This document shows positions 1 to 8,004 of a stretch of 64,000 nucleotides of DNA, in pieces (within the stretch, counting starts at the first letter, position 1; each line of letters starts with the position of its first letter). Source of the stretch: Helicobacter cetorum. Its GTDB lineage: Bacteria > Campylobacterota > Campylobacteria > Campylobacterales > DZAY01. A program made the position numbers and the translations under genes. The notes under the pieces are model-generated. The model worked only from the letters and a program-made list of their open reading frames with translations. It did not search any database and was not told the DNA's origin. The stretch spans positions 27,895 through 91,894 of the forward strand of contig DZAY01000006.1 of assembly GCA_022729735.1 (NCBI GenBank), in the 5' to 3' direction.

Positions 1-2021
1 GCAACTGTTTCAAAAGCATCTTTTACGGTTTTAACTTCTATAAACTCTATATTTGGATATAACTTTTTTAACTCTGTTGAATTATTTAAAATTACCACTT
101 TTTTATAATGCAACTCATTTAAGTTTGATATAAATTCAGCTCTTTTATCAAATCTTTTGATAACTACAAATGGACTTTTAAGATAAGTTGTAGTTAATGT
201 GTAGCAGTTTAAATTTTGATTATGCAAATAATCTGCAAACATATCAGTTGCATAATTAATTTTTTTATTACTATCAATAATATAACCTCTATTTATCTCA
301 AATTTTATATCTAAATATAGTTCTATAAATTTTAAATAGTCATTTATAATTCCAATATATTCGCCATTATCAAATGTTTCAAATGGTAAAAAATCACTAT
401 TTCCAATAAATTTAATAGTTTTATGAGATTTAAGCCACTCTTTTTCTTTATCTGTAAGATTTAATAACCTATTTTGCGATGGTTGAACTTGCAATATCCA
501 ATGATTTCTAATTTTAGAATGTTCAAATGGAGATATAGAGTTTATCCCTTTTTGTAAAATATCTCTTAATATTGTACTATTTTTATCAGTTGCAAAATGT
601 AAATTACCACTACTATTTGCTTCTAAATCAACTTTAAATATACTTAAATTTGTTAAGGTTTGCTCCATCATAATATAACTCATAGTGCCAATAGAGTCTA
701 TAACTCCATCAGCTTCACCAAAACTAACAGCTCTCAATCCTTCATATAAATTATTTACCATAATAGGTTTTATATTTGGTATCAATGATAATATTCGCTC
801 ATTTGTGCCATAATCTTTTAGTAGTGCTACTCTTTTTCCACTTAAATCTGATAATTTTGTAATTTGACTATTTTTACGAGTAGCTAAAGCATAATAACTC
901 ATATAAAAAGGTTCTGTAAAAGTTGCAAACTCTTCTCGTTGTGGAGTTTTATAAACACTATGTAATACATCTATTTTGCCACTTTTAAACATCTCCATAA
1001 GCTTTTCCCAAGGAGCATTTATATATTCAACATTTAATCCAACCTTTTTTGCAACCATATTCATATAATCAATCCCAAGTCCAACTGCTTCACCATTTAA
1101 GCTAAAATCAAATGGTGGCCAATCTGGCTCATTTGCAACTTTGATAGTTGGATTGTTTTTTATCCACTCTTCTTCATCTTTTGATAGTTTTGCACTTACA
1201 CTTATTGTATCACTAATATTTTCTCTATTTAATTTTCCTTCCCATTTATCTTTTATTTTTCGTTTTTCATCTTTTGTATATGAGTTTATGACTTTATTTA
1301 TAATCGATAAAAGTAGAGGTTCATCATTCCTAATTCCATATCTTGAACTACTAAACTCTTCACTATAAAACATAATTACAGATTTTAATTTGTCATTAAA
1401 TTTCAGACTATTTGCACTATAAGACATAGGAAGTAGATAATCTAATGCTCCATCAACTTCCCTATCTATTAACATTTGCAAAATTCCTTCTATTCCATTT
1501 TTTGATTTTACTATTTTTAAATCAGCTCTTTTGGCTTTAATCAACTGCTCTAAAGATGAACCTTCAACAATAGCTATACTTTTGCCTTGAAAATCTTTTA
1601 TATTATCAATGTATGGATGATTTTGTAGTGTAAAAAGTGATATAGATGATAAATAATAAATATCACTAAAAAGTAGTTTTCTTTCTCGCTCTGGTGTTGG
1701 ATTTGCAGAAAGTATTGCATCAAATTTATGTTCCATTGCACTCTTAACTGCTTCTCGCCATGGAATATATTTTATATTTATTGGAATATTTAATCTTGAT
1801 TTCAAAAGATTAACAAAATCTATCTCAATTCCATTATGATTTCCATCTTCATCAATAAATGAAAATGGTTGCCAATCTTCACTTGCCATAACAAAATTTA
1901 ATACTTTTTTATTTTTTAAATACTCTTTTTCTTCATAAGTAAATTCAATATTATTTTCAGTTGCAAAAATTGGAGAATAATAAGCTATTAAAATTACAAA
2001 AAGTAATAAAAAATTTGACAT
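1..2021 (-). CDS. Partial (C-terminus lies beyond the window edge) periplasmic sensor protein with three tandem solute-binding (SBP_bac_3-like) domains; probably the input region of a large sensor kinase
   Basis: My own reverse-strand translation from the ATG at 2021..2019 (MSNFLLLFVILIAYYSPIFATENNIEFTYEEKEYLKNKKVLNFVMASEDWQPFSF...) stays open to position 1. It is absent from the ORF track because it has no stop in the window. A signal peptide is followed by three repeats of the pattern (E)EW/YLK..-hhhh..-DW.PF.F...G...G..hD, typical of type-3 periplasmic binding domains. The start abuts the stop of the upstream kinase gene (2022). Confidence 0.7.
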   Translation of the reverse strand, partial: MSNFLLLFVILIAYYSPIFATENNIEFTYEEKEYLKNKKVLNFVMASEDWQPFSFIDEDGNHNGIEIDFVNLLKSRLNIPINIKYIPWREAVKSAMEHKFDAILSANPTPERERKLLFSDIYYLSSISLFTLQNHPYIDNIKDFQGKSIAIVEGSSLEQLIKAKRADLKIVKSKNGIEGILQMLIDREVDGALDYLLPMSYSANSLKFNDKLKSVIMFYSEEFSSSRYGIRNDEPLLLSIINKVINSYTKDEKRKIKDKWEGKLNRENISDTISVSAKLSKDEEEWIKNNPTIKVANEPDWPPFDFSLNGEAVGLGIDYMNMVAKKVGLNVEYINAPWEKLMEMFKSGKIDVLHSVYKTPQREEFATFTEPFYMSYYALATRKNSQITKLSDLSGKRVALLKDYGTNERILSLIPNIKPIMVNNLYEGLRAVSFGEADGVIDSIGTMSYIMMEQTLTNLSIFKVDLEANSSGNLHFATDKNSTILRDILQKGINSISPFEHSKIRNHWILQVQPSQNRLLNLTDKEKEWLKSHKTIKFIGNSDFLPFETFDNGEYIGIINDYLKFIELYLDIKFEINRGYIIDSNKKINYATDMFADYLHNQNLNCYTLTTTYLKSPFVVIKRFDKRAEFISNLNELHYKKVVILNNSTELKKLYPNIEFIEVKTVKDAFETV

Positions 2022-3147
2022 TTATGAAGGAATATTTAGCTCAAAACAGGCACCAATATCACCATTATAAGCAATAATATCTCCACCTATTCGCTTTTGC
2101 ATAATCTTTTTTGACATATAAAGTCCTAAACCACTTCCACCTTCTCCCTTTTTAGTAGTTACATATTTATCAAAAATTTTGTCAATCACTTCTAATTTAA
2201 TACCATCACCACTATCACATATTTTAATAACACAACTACTTTTATCAATACAATTGCAACTTACACCAATCCATTTATCACCATCTTTTTTACTCAAAGC
2301 ATCTATTGCATTATTAAAAATATTTAAAACTACTTGTGTTAAATCATTTTTATATGAGTTTAACATGCAACTATTAGTTAAATTTTTTACTTTTATATCT
2401 CTATTTTTAAGTTTTGAAGATAGTAATTTAGATGTTTTTGTTATAAATATTGATAAATCAAACTCCTCTTTTTCACCTTTATCATTTACAAAATCTCTAA
2501 AATCATCAACGGTTTGAGTTAAATTTGCAATAGAGTTATCTACCTCATCTAAATATTCTATAAGTTTTTCATCATTTAATATTGAAAGAGCATGTTCTAC
2601 TCTAATATTTGCACAACTCATAGATATTACAGAAATTGGTTGTTTCCATTGATGAGCAATATTTTCAAACATTTCACCAAGTGTTGCCATTTTAGATTGA
2701 GTTAAGAGTATCTCATCTTTTTCTTTTAATGATTTAATAATAATATCTTGATAAAGTTTTAAATTAACATGAGTTCTAACTCTTGCTTCTAAAACTTTAG
2801 GCTCAAATGGTTTTGTAATATAATCAACAGCACCAATTTCAAAACCTTTTAAAATATCAGCCTCTTTTTCTAAAGCACTCAAAAATATAATAGGTATATG
2901 TTCTAATTTTGGGTTACTCTTAACTCTTAATCTGCTTACATACTTCAAATCCATCAATATTTGGCATTAAAATATCAAGCAAAATCAAATCAATATCAAA
3001 GTTTTGTGATAAATATTTAAGAGCTTTTTCACCACTTGAAGTAACTTTTAGTTTATAACTCTTATCTAAAAGTCCAACAATCCTTGCTATCTCATCTGGT
3101 GAATCATCTATCACCATTACAGTAGATTTTTGCTCTAATATTTCCAT
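2022..3147 (-). pseudogene. REC-HisKA-HATPase (response-regulator/histidine-kinase fusion) interrupted by a frameshift; split into ORFs 2920..3147 and 2022..2957
   Basis: ORF 2920..3147 encodes the first two-thirds of a receiver domain (VMVIDD...LILLDILMPNIDGFEVCKQIKS*). ORF 2022..2957 continues it in another frame (..[28 protein letters not shown]) and then carries an H-box (AHQWKQPIS) and an ATPase domain (GGSGLGL). Removing one copy of the 7-bp duplication gives 1119 nt, exactly the length of the intact paralogue at 24850..25968. Confidence 0.8.
2917..2930. repeat. Perfect 7-bp tandem duplication CTCTTAA CTCTTAA (TTAAGAG x2 on the coding strand) that causes the frameshift
   Basis: Read directly: ...gggtta CTCTTAA CTCTTAA tctgc... 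On the coding strand, CAG A TTAAGAG TTAAGAG TAACCC. With one copy the frame reads Q I K S N P K L E, joining the two ORFs seamlessly. Confidence 0.9.
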
Positions 3148-3161
3148 TAATCACCTCAAGT

Positions 3162-4274
3162 TTAGTAATTTTGTATCGCTTCAACCATATCTAACTGCTC
3201 CCAACTAAACTCATTTCGTCCAAAATGTCCATAATTTGAACACTTTTTATATATTGGATTTATTAAATTAAGCCCATTTATAATATCTTCTGGAGTTAAT
3301 TTAAATATTGATTTAACCAAATTATATAATTTTTTGGTTTCAATTTTAGAACTATTATGTGTATCTATCATCATTGAAATTGGATTAGAAATCCCGATTG
3401 TATAAGCTAACTGTATTGTAACTTTTTCACACACACCAGCACCAACTAAATTTTTAGCAATATATCTTGCCATATAAGCTCCACTTCTATCTATTTTTGA
3501 TGGGTCTTTTCCAGAAAATGCTCCTCCACCATTTGGAGCAACTCCACCATAACTATCTGATACAATCTTTCTTCCACTAAGTCCTGCATTGCCTTGAGGA
3601 CCACCTATTATAAAGTTACCTTTTGGATTTATATAAAATTTTGTATGAGTTGTAATTAAATTTTTTGGAATAACTCTCTTTATCACATCTTCCATAACAG
3701 CTTCTTTTAATTTAGAGTATTCAATATCTTGAGAGTGTTGAGTTGAAAGAGTTATACTATCTATTGAGTGTGGTCTATTATCTACATATTTTAGTGCTAC
3801 TTGTGCTTTTCCATCTGGTCTTAGAAATGGTAAAAGCCCACTTTTCCTTGCTTTAGATAACTCATAAGTCAATTTATGTGCAAGTGTAATTGATAAAGGC
3901 ATTAAATTTTCACTCTCATTTGTTGCATATCCAAATACAACAGCTTGAGAATTTGGAATAACTCTACCATTATCAATCGATTCACCCAAACCATTTAATA
4001 CAGCTGCTGTTCTATAATCAAATCCATAACTTGCATCAGTGTAGCCAATTTCTCTTACAACTCCTCTAACAATATCTTGCATAGGAGCATAAATTTTTGT
4101 ATTCAAGTCACCCGTAATAACACAAAATCCATTTGATAAAAGTGTTTCACAAGATACTTTTGCATCTTTATCTCTCTCTAATATATAGTCCAATATTGCA
4201 TCACTAATCTGGTCAGCCATCTTATCTGGATGTCCTTCTGTTGCACTTTCTGCTGTAAAAATATAATCATTCAT
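3162..4274 (-). CDS. metK: S-adenosylmethionine synthetase homologue (MetK family) with a divergent central motif
   Basis: N-terminus FTAESATEGHPDKMADQISDAILD, LRPDGKAQV, GGGAFSGKDPSKIDRSGAY and YGHFGR are all MetK hallmarks. The GAGDQG signature is missing (see findings). Confidence 0.85.
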   Translation of the reverse strand: MNDYIFTAESATEGHPDKMADQISDAILDYILERDKDAKVSCETLLSNGFCVITGDLNTKIYAPMQDIVRGVVREIGYTDASYGFDYRTAAVLNGLGESIDNGRVIPNSQAVVFGYATNESENLMPLSITLAHKLTYELSKARKSGLLPFLRPDGKAQVALKYVDNRPHSIDSITLSTQHSQDIEYSKLKEAVMEDVIKRVIPKNLITTHTKFYINPKGNFIIGGPQGNAGLSGRKIVSDSYGGVAPNGGGAFSGKDPSKIDRSGAYMARYIAKNLVGAGVCEKVTIQLAYTIGISNPISMMIDTHNSSKIETKKLYNLVKSIFKLTPEDIINGLNLINPIYKKCSNYGHFGRNEFSWEQLDMVEAIQNY

Positions 4275-4315
4275 AAATATTCTCCACTTTTTCTATAATT
4301 TTTATTACTGCTAAA

Positions 4316-5638
4316 TTATCTTTTACTAATTTGTATAGCTAACTCTTTTGAATTTTTCACACAATCATTTAATCCAATTCCAAAGTAAGCATTAGAGTTT
4401 AGATATAAATTTTTGTGAGATTTTAATTTTTCAAAAATCGCATTTCTAACTTCTATATGTCCAACTTCATAGCTTGGAATAGCAAAATCCCATCTTTTAA
4501 AAAATGTAGTATCAGGTTTTGTATCTACTCCCATAGTCTTTTTAAGACCATCTTTTGCAATTTCAATTAACTTTGCATCGGATTTTTCTAATAGCTCTCT
4601 ATTTCGCTCACCACCAATTAAAACTCTAATTGATTTTCCATCTTTTGCTCTATCTGGAAATATAGAACTATCCCAAAGCACTCCCAAAATTTTTTCTTTT
4701 GCTGATGTGGTTGTAAGTAGTCCAAACCCTTCTAATGTGTGTGATAAATTTTTATATCCAAATCCTACAATTGCAATTTTTGAATATTTAATTTTGGCTA
4801 ACTCTTCACTTAAATCTTTATCAAGTTTGCTTAATATTACACTACTCTCATGTGAAGGAGTTCCTAATATCACAATATCAAACTCATAACTATTTTTTAT
4901 AGTTTGCACGATATATTTTTCTTCATTTTTACTTAATGTTATAACTTTTTCATTTTTAAATATTTTTGCATCTATCACTTTTTCTAAATGGTCTATAAAG
5001 CTTTTAACACCATTTTTAAAGCTCATCAAAACTCCACTTGGATTGCCTCCCCGTTTTCGCTTTATCATTCCTTTAAAAAGCCCACCATATTTTTGTTCTA
5101 ACTCAACCATTATTGGAAAAGCTGAATTTAAAGATAGCTTAGTTGGAGTTGAAGCAAATATTCCTGCACTCATCACATCTAAAAAGTTATCTGTAAATCC
5201 CACTCCAACTCTTCTATAACCAAAACTTTGCAAACTTTCATCACTACTATCCATTTTTGGTTTTACAAAAAACTCTCCAAACACTCTTAATTTATCTTTA
5301 AAAGTTAAAATTGGAGTTGTTAAAAACTCTTTTGGAGAGTTTGGAAGTTGATATAATTTATCACGATATATAAATCTAACTCTTGCTAAATCATTACTTT
5401 TTAAAAGTAAATGATTAGCTCCTGCTAACTCTACCAACTCTAAAGTATCTGGTTTATTTGATAAAAATCCATTACTACCTGTTTCAAATTTAAATCCATC
5501 AAGCTCTTTTGTATCCATTTTGCCACCAAGAGTCTCTTCTTCTTCAAATATAGTAACATCAAAATTTGGATTGAATTTTTTGAGATAAAAAGCAGTAGTT
5601 AATCCACTAATTCCACCACCAACAATAGCAACTTTCAT
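4316..5638 (-). CDS. hemY: FAD-dependent protoporphyrinogen/coproporphyrinogen oxidase (HemY/PPOX family)
   Basis: N-terminal dinucleotide fold MKVAIVGGGISGLTTAFYL...LGGK. Overall co-linearity with HemY, including the C-terminal motif W..AIPSYEVGH and the Y.GIGLNDC end. Confidence 0.75.
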   Translation of the reverse strand: MKVAIVGGGISGLTTAFYLKKFNPNFDVTIFEEEETLGGKMDTKELDGFKFETGSNGFLSNKPDTLELVELAGANHLLLKSNDLARVRFIYRDKLYQLPNSPKEFLTTPILTFKDKLRVFGEFFVKPKMDSSDESLQSFGYRRVGVGFTDNFLDVMSAGIFASTPTKLSLNSAFPIMVELEQKYGGLFKGMIKRKRGGNPSGVLMSFKNGVKSFIDHLEKVIDAKIFKNEKVITLSKNEEKYIVQTIKNSYEFDIVILGTPSHESSVILSKLDKDLSEELAKIKYSKIAIVGFGYKNLSHTLEGFGLLTTTSAKEKILGVLWDSSIFPDRAKDGKSIRVLIGGERNRELLEKSDAKLIEIAKDGLKKTMGVDTKPDTTFFKRWDFAIPSYEVGHIEVRNAIFEKLKSHKNLYLNSNAYFGIGLNDCVKNSKELAIQISKR

Positions 5639-5640
5639 AT

Positions 5641-6099
5641 TTAACCTCTTTTTACTTTTTTAATAGGGTTTAATATTCTCAATTTTTTATCAATTATTAA
5701 ATTATCTTGCATGTCTTCTGAATAAATTATGTTACAACTATTTAAAATTGCAGAAGATATAACTAATGAATCCCAAAAAGAGATATTATAATTCGCTCTA
5801 ATTTCATATGATTTTTTGTATGTTAAGAAACATAAAGGAGCAATATGTGATATTTTTACTATATTTTCATCTATAATAGAAGATATTTTTCTATCTTCTA
5901 TGCCAAATTTTTTGAATAAATTAAAATGAAGTTCATTCACTATTTGTGTTGAAATTACTATATCAGCACTATTTATTATATTTTGCAATAGTGATAGAGC
6001 TTCTACTCTTTTAAACTCCTCAATCTCATTTTTTGGTTTTGTAAGAGCATATATCCAAATATTGGTATCTATAAATATCTTATCTCTCATAAATTTCAT
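5641..6099 (-). CDS. PIN-domain toxin (VapC-like ribonuclease)
   Basis: IFIDTNIWIYAL (Asp1), IVNELH (Glu), FWDSLVISSA (Asp) and IIYSEDMQ (Asp) give the four acidic PIN residues. The start is ambiguous: ATG at 6099 or 6090, or the TTG at 6111 used by the ORF track. It overlaps the upstream antitoxin-like gene. Confidence 0.75.
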   Translation of the reverse strand: MKFMRDKIFIDTNIWIYALTKPKNEIEEFKRVEALSLLQNIINSADIVISTQIVNELHFNLFKKFGIEDRKISSIIDENIVKISHIAPLCFLTYKKSYEIRANYNISFWDSLVISSAILNSCNIIYSEDMQDNLIIDKKLRILNPIKKVKRG

Positions 6100-6286
6100 C
6101 TCGTTTTGCAATTAAATTATAACTTTCAATCTCTAATGGCTCAAAAAAACCTTTTGGTAAAGTTTCTGTTTTTGTTTTAATCTCTACTACAAATATTTTT
6201 ATATGTTTTGACTCAAGCTCTTGATACTCTTTTGGAATTTGTATCATATTATTAACTACATCTGCTTCAAACTCAATTGCATACAT
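6080..6286 (-). CDS. Small putative antitoxin partner of the PIN toxin
   Basis: A 68-70 aa ORF lies immediately upstream of and overlapping the PIN gene. The ATG at 6286 is preceded by GAGGAG (the last codons of the upstream gene); the ORF track uses the GTG at 6292. No fold was recognised by eye; the call is by position only. Confidence 0.5.
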   Translation of the reverse strand: MYAIEFEADVVNNMIQIPKEYQELESKHIKIFVVEIKTKTETLPKGFFEPLEIESYNLIAKRDEIYER

Positions 6287-6288
6287 TT

Positions 6289-7041
6289 TCACTCCTCTTT
6301 GGTAAAGCCTTTTAAATTGTAATACTCTTTTTTATCCAAAAATCTCCATTTTCCACTTGGAAGAGCATTTAGCTCAATTCCACCATAACTGACTCTATTT
6401 AAATCTAAAACTTCTCTATTAAAGTGTGCAAAAAATCGTCTCAACTCTCTATTTTTTCCTTCACCAATAGCAACTTTTAATTTTGAGTAGTTTCGTCCAT
6501 TTTTTTCAATAGAAAATGCATAAAATGGTGCAAAATTCATACTCTTAATTTCGCTTTTGATATGTCCTCCAGCAGTTGCATCACTTAATTCAACTCCTTG
6601 ACTCATAGCTTCAGTCATAGCAGTGGTTACTGCTCCATCAATTTTTATGTTATATACTCGCTCAAGTGTTGAGTTCATAAGTTTAGTTGCAATTGTTGGA
6701 GAATCTGTTAATAGTAACAATCCAGTTGATGCAAAATCCAATCTTCCAATTGGTATGAAGTGCGAAAAACCTGATGGTAGTGAGTCATAAATTAGTTTTC
6801 GTCCCAAACTATCTTTTTTACTAACCAATTCACCTTTTGGTTTATTATATACAATTACTGTAAATTCATCTTTTTCTTTTATAAATCTTCCATCAACAAA
6901 AACTTTATCATCTTTTTCTACCATATAAGATAAATCTGTAACAATTTTATTATCAATTTTAACTCTACCCTCTTTTATTAATACATCAGCTTCTCTTCTT
7001 GAATACTTTGTATTATGTGAAATAAATTTATTTATTCTCAT
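6289..7041 (-). CDS. rRNA pseudouridine synthase, RsuA/RluB family (S4 domain + catalytic domain)
   Basis: S4-like N-terminus MRINKFISHNTKYSRREADVLIKEGRVKIDN. The catalytic motif is GRLDFASTGLLLLT with the conserved Asp. Confidence 0.8.
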   Translation of the reverse strand: MRINKFISHNTKYSRREADVLIKEGRVKIDNKIVTDLSYMVEKDDKVFVDGRFIKEKDEFTVIVYNKPKGELVSKKDSLGRKLIYDSLPSGFSHFIPIGRLDFASTGLLLLTDSPTIATKLMNSTLERVYNIKIDGAVTTAMTEAMSQGVELSDATAGGHIKSEIKSMNFAPFYAFSIEKNGRNYSKLKVAIGEGKNRELRRFFAHFNREVLDLNRVSYGGIELNALPSGKWRFLDKKEYYNLKGFTKEE

Positions 7042-8003
7042 TTAATTCCAGCCTCTACTAAATCATGGATGTGTAAAACACCTTTTATTTTTTTTGACTC
7101 ATCAACAACTACAAGTAGTTGAATTTTGTAACTTTCTACTATTTTTAGAGCATCATATGCTAAAGTATTCTCATCATATAATAGTTTTGGAGATTTTGTA
7201 GCATAATTTATTGCTTTAGAATGGAGTGCAAAATCATCTCTCAAAACGGCTCTTCTTAAATCGCCATCACTAAGAACTCCAACTAAAGAGTTTGTATCAT
7301 CTACAATTAAAACTGTTCCAAGTCGTCCTTCACTCATAATAATAATAGCATCTTTTAAATCTTTATCATTTTTTATGATTGGTAGATTTGTAATTCTCAT
7401 TAAATCTTTAACTTTTACAAACAACCGTTTTCCAAGAGAACCACCAGGATGAAAAGATGCAAAATCCTCTTTTTGAAAATTTTTTGCTTTCATTAATGCA
7501 ACTGCCAAAGCATCACCAAGTGCAATTGTTAGAGTAGTTGAACTTGTTGGAGCTACATTTAGAGGACAAGCTTCTTTATTAATTGCAATATTTAAAAACA
7601 GGTCAGCAAACTGTGCTAAAGATGAGTTTTTACTTTTTGCCATAGCAATTATTGGGATAGAAAATCGCTTGATATGAGGAATAATTGCAAGTAACTCTTC
7701 ACTTTCACCACTATAACTAATAGCCAAAATTGCATCATTTGAGCCAATCATTCCCAAATCTCCGTGCATTGCTTCAGTTGGATGAATAAAAAAACTACTT
7801 GTGCCAGTTGAAGCAAGTGTTGCAGATATTTTTGCACCAACTAAACCACTTTTTCCAACTCCCATAACTATGAGTTTTCCACTTAAATTTAAAATTAAAT
7901 CAACTGCTTTATTAAATGAGTCATCTATATTTTTAGAGGCAAATAGAAGTTCATTTGCTTCTATTTCCAAAACCTCTTTTGCAATATCTATATAGTTCAT
8001 CAT
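7038..8003 (-). CDS. kdsD: Arabinose-5-phosphate isomerase, KpsF/GutQ/KdsD family (SIS + 2 CBS domains)
   Basis: SIS motif VMGVGKSGLVGAKISATLASTGT..FFIHP.EAMHGDLG, with a C-terminal CBS pair. Confidence 0.8.
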   Translation of the reverse strand: MMNYIDIAKEVLEIEANELLFASKNIDDSFNKAVDLILNLSGKLIVMGVGKSGLVGAKISATLASTGTSSFFIHPTEAMHGDLGMIGSNDAILAISYSGESEELLAIIPHIKRFSIPIIAMAKSKNSSLAQFADLFLNIAINKEACPLNVAPTSSTTLTIALGDALAVALMKAKNFQKEDFASFHPGGSLGKRLFVKVKDLMRITNLPIIKNDKDLKDAIIIMSEGRLGTVLIVDDTNSLVGVLSDGDLRRAVLRDDFALHSKAINYATKSPKLLYDENTLAYDALKIVESYKIQLLVVVDESKKIKGVLHIHDLVEAGIK

Positions 8004-8004
8004 A

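Noticed and set aside
1141-1368. A 75-aa plus-strand ORF, the only ORF-track entry in the first 2 kb.
   Set aside because: The minus strand carries a continuous open frame with clear solute-binding-domain repeats from 2021 to the window edge. The plus-strand ORF is a shadow ORF.
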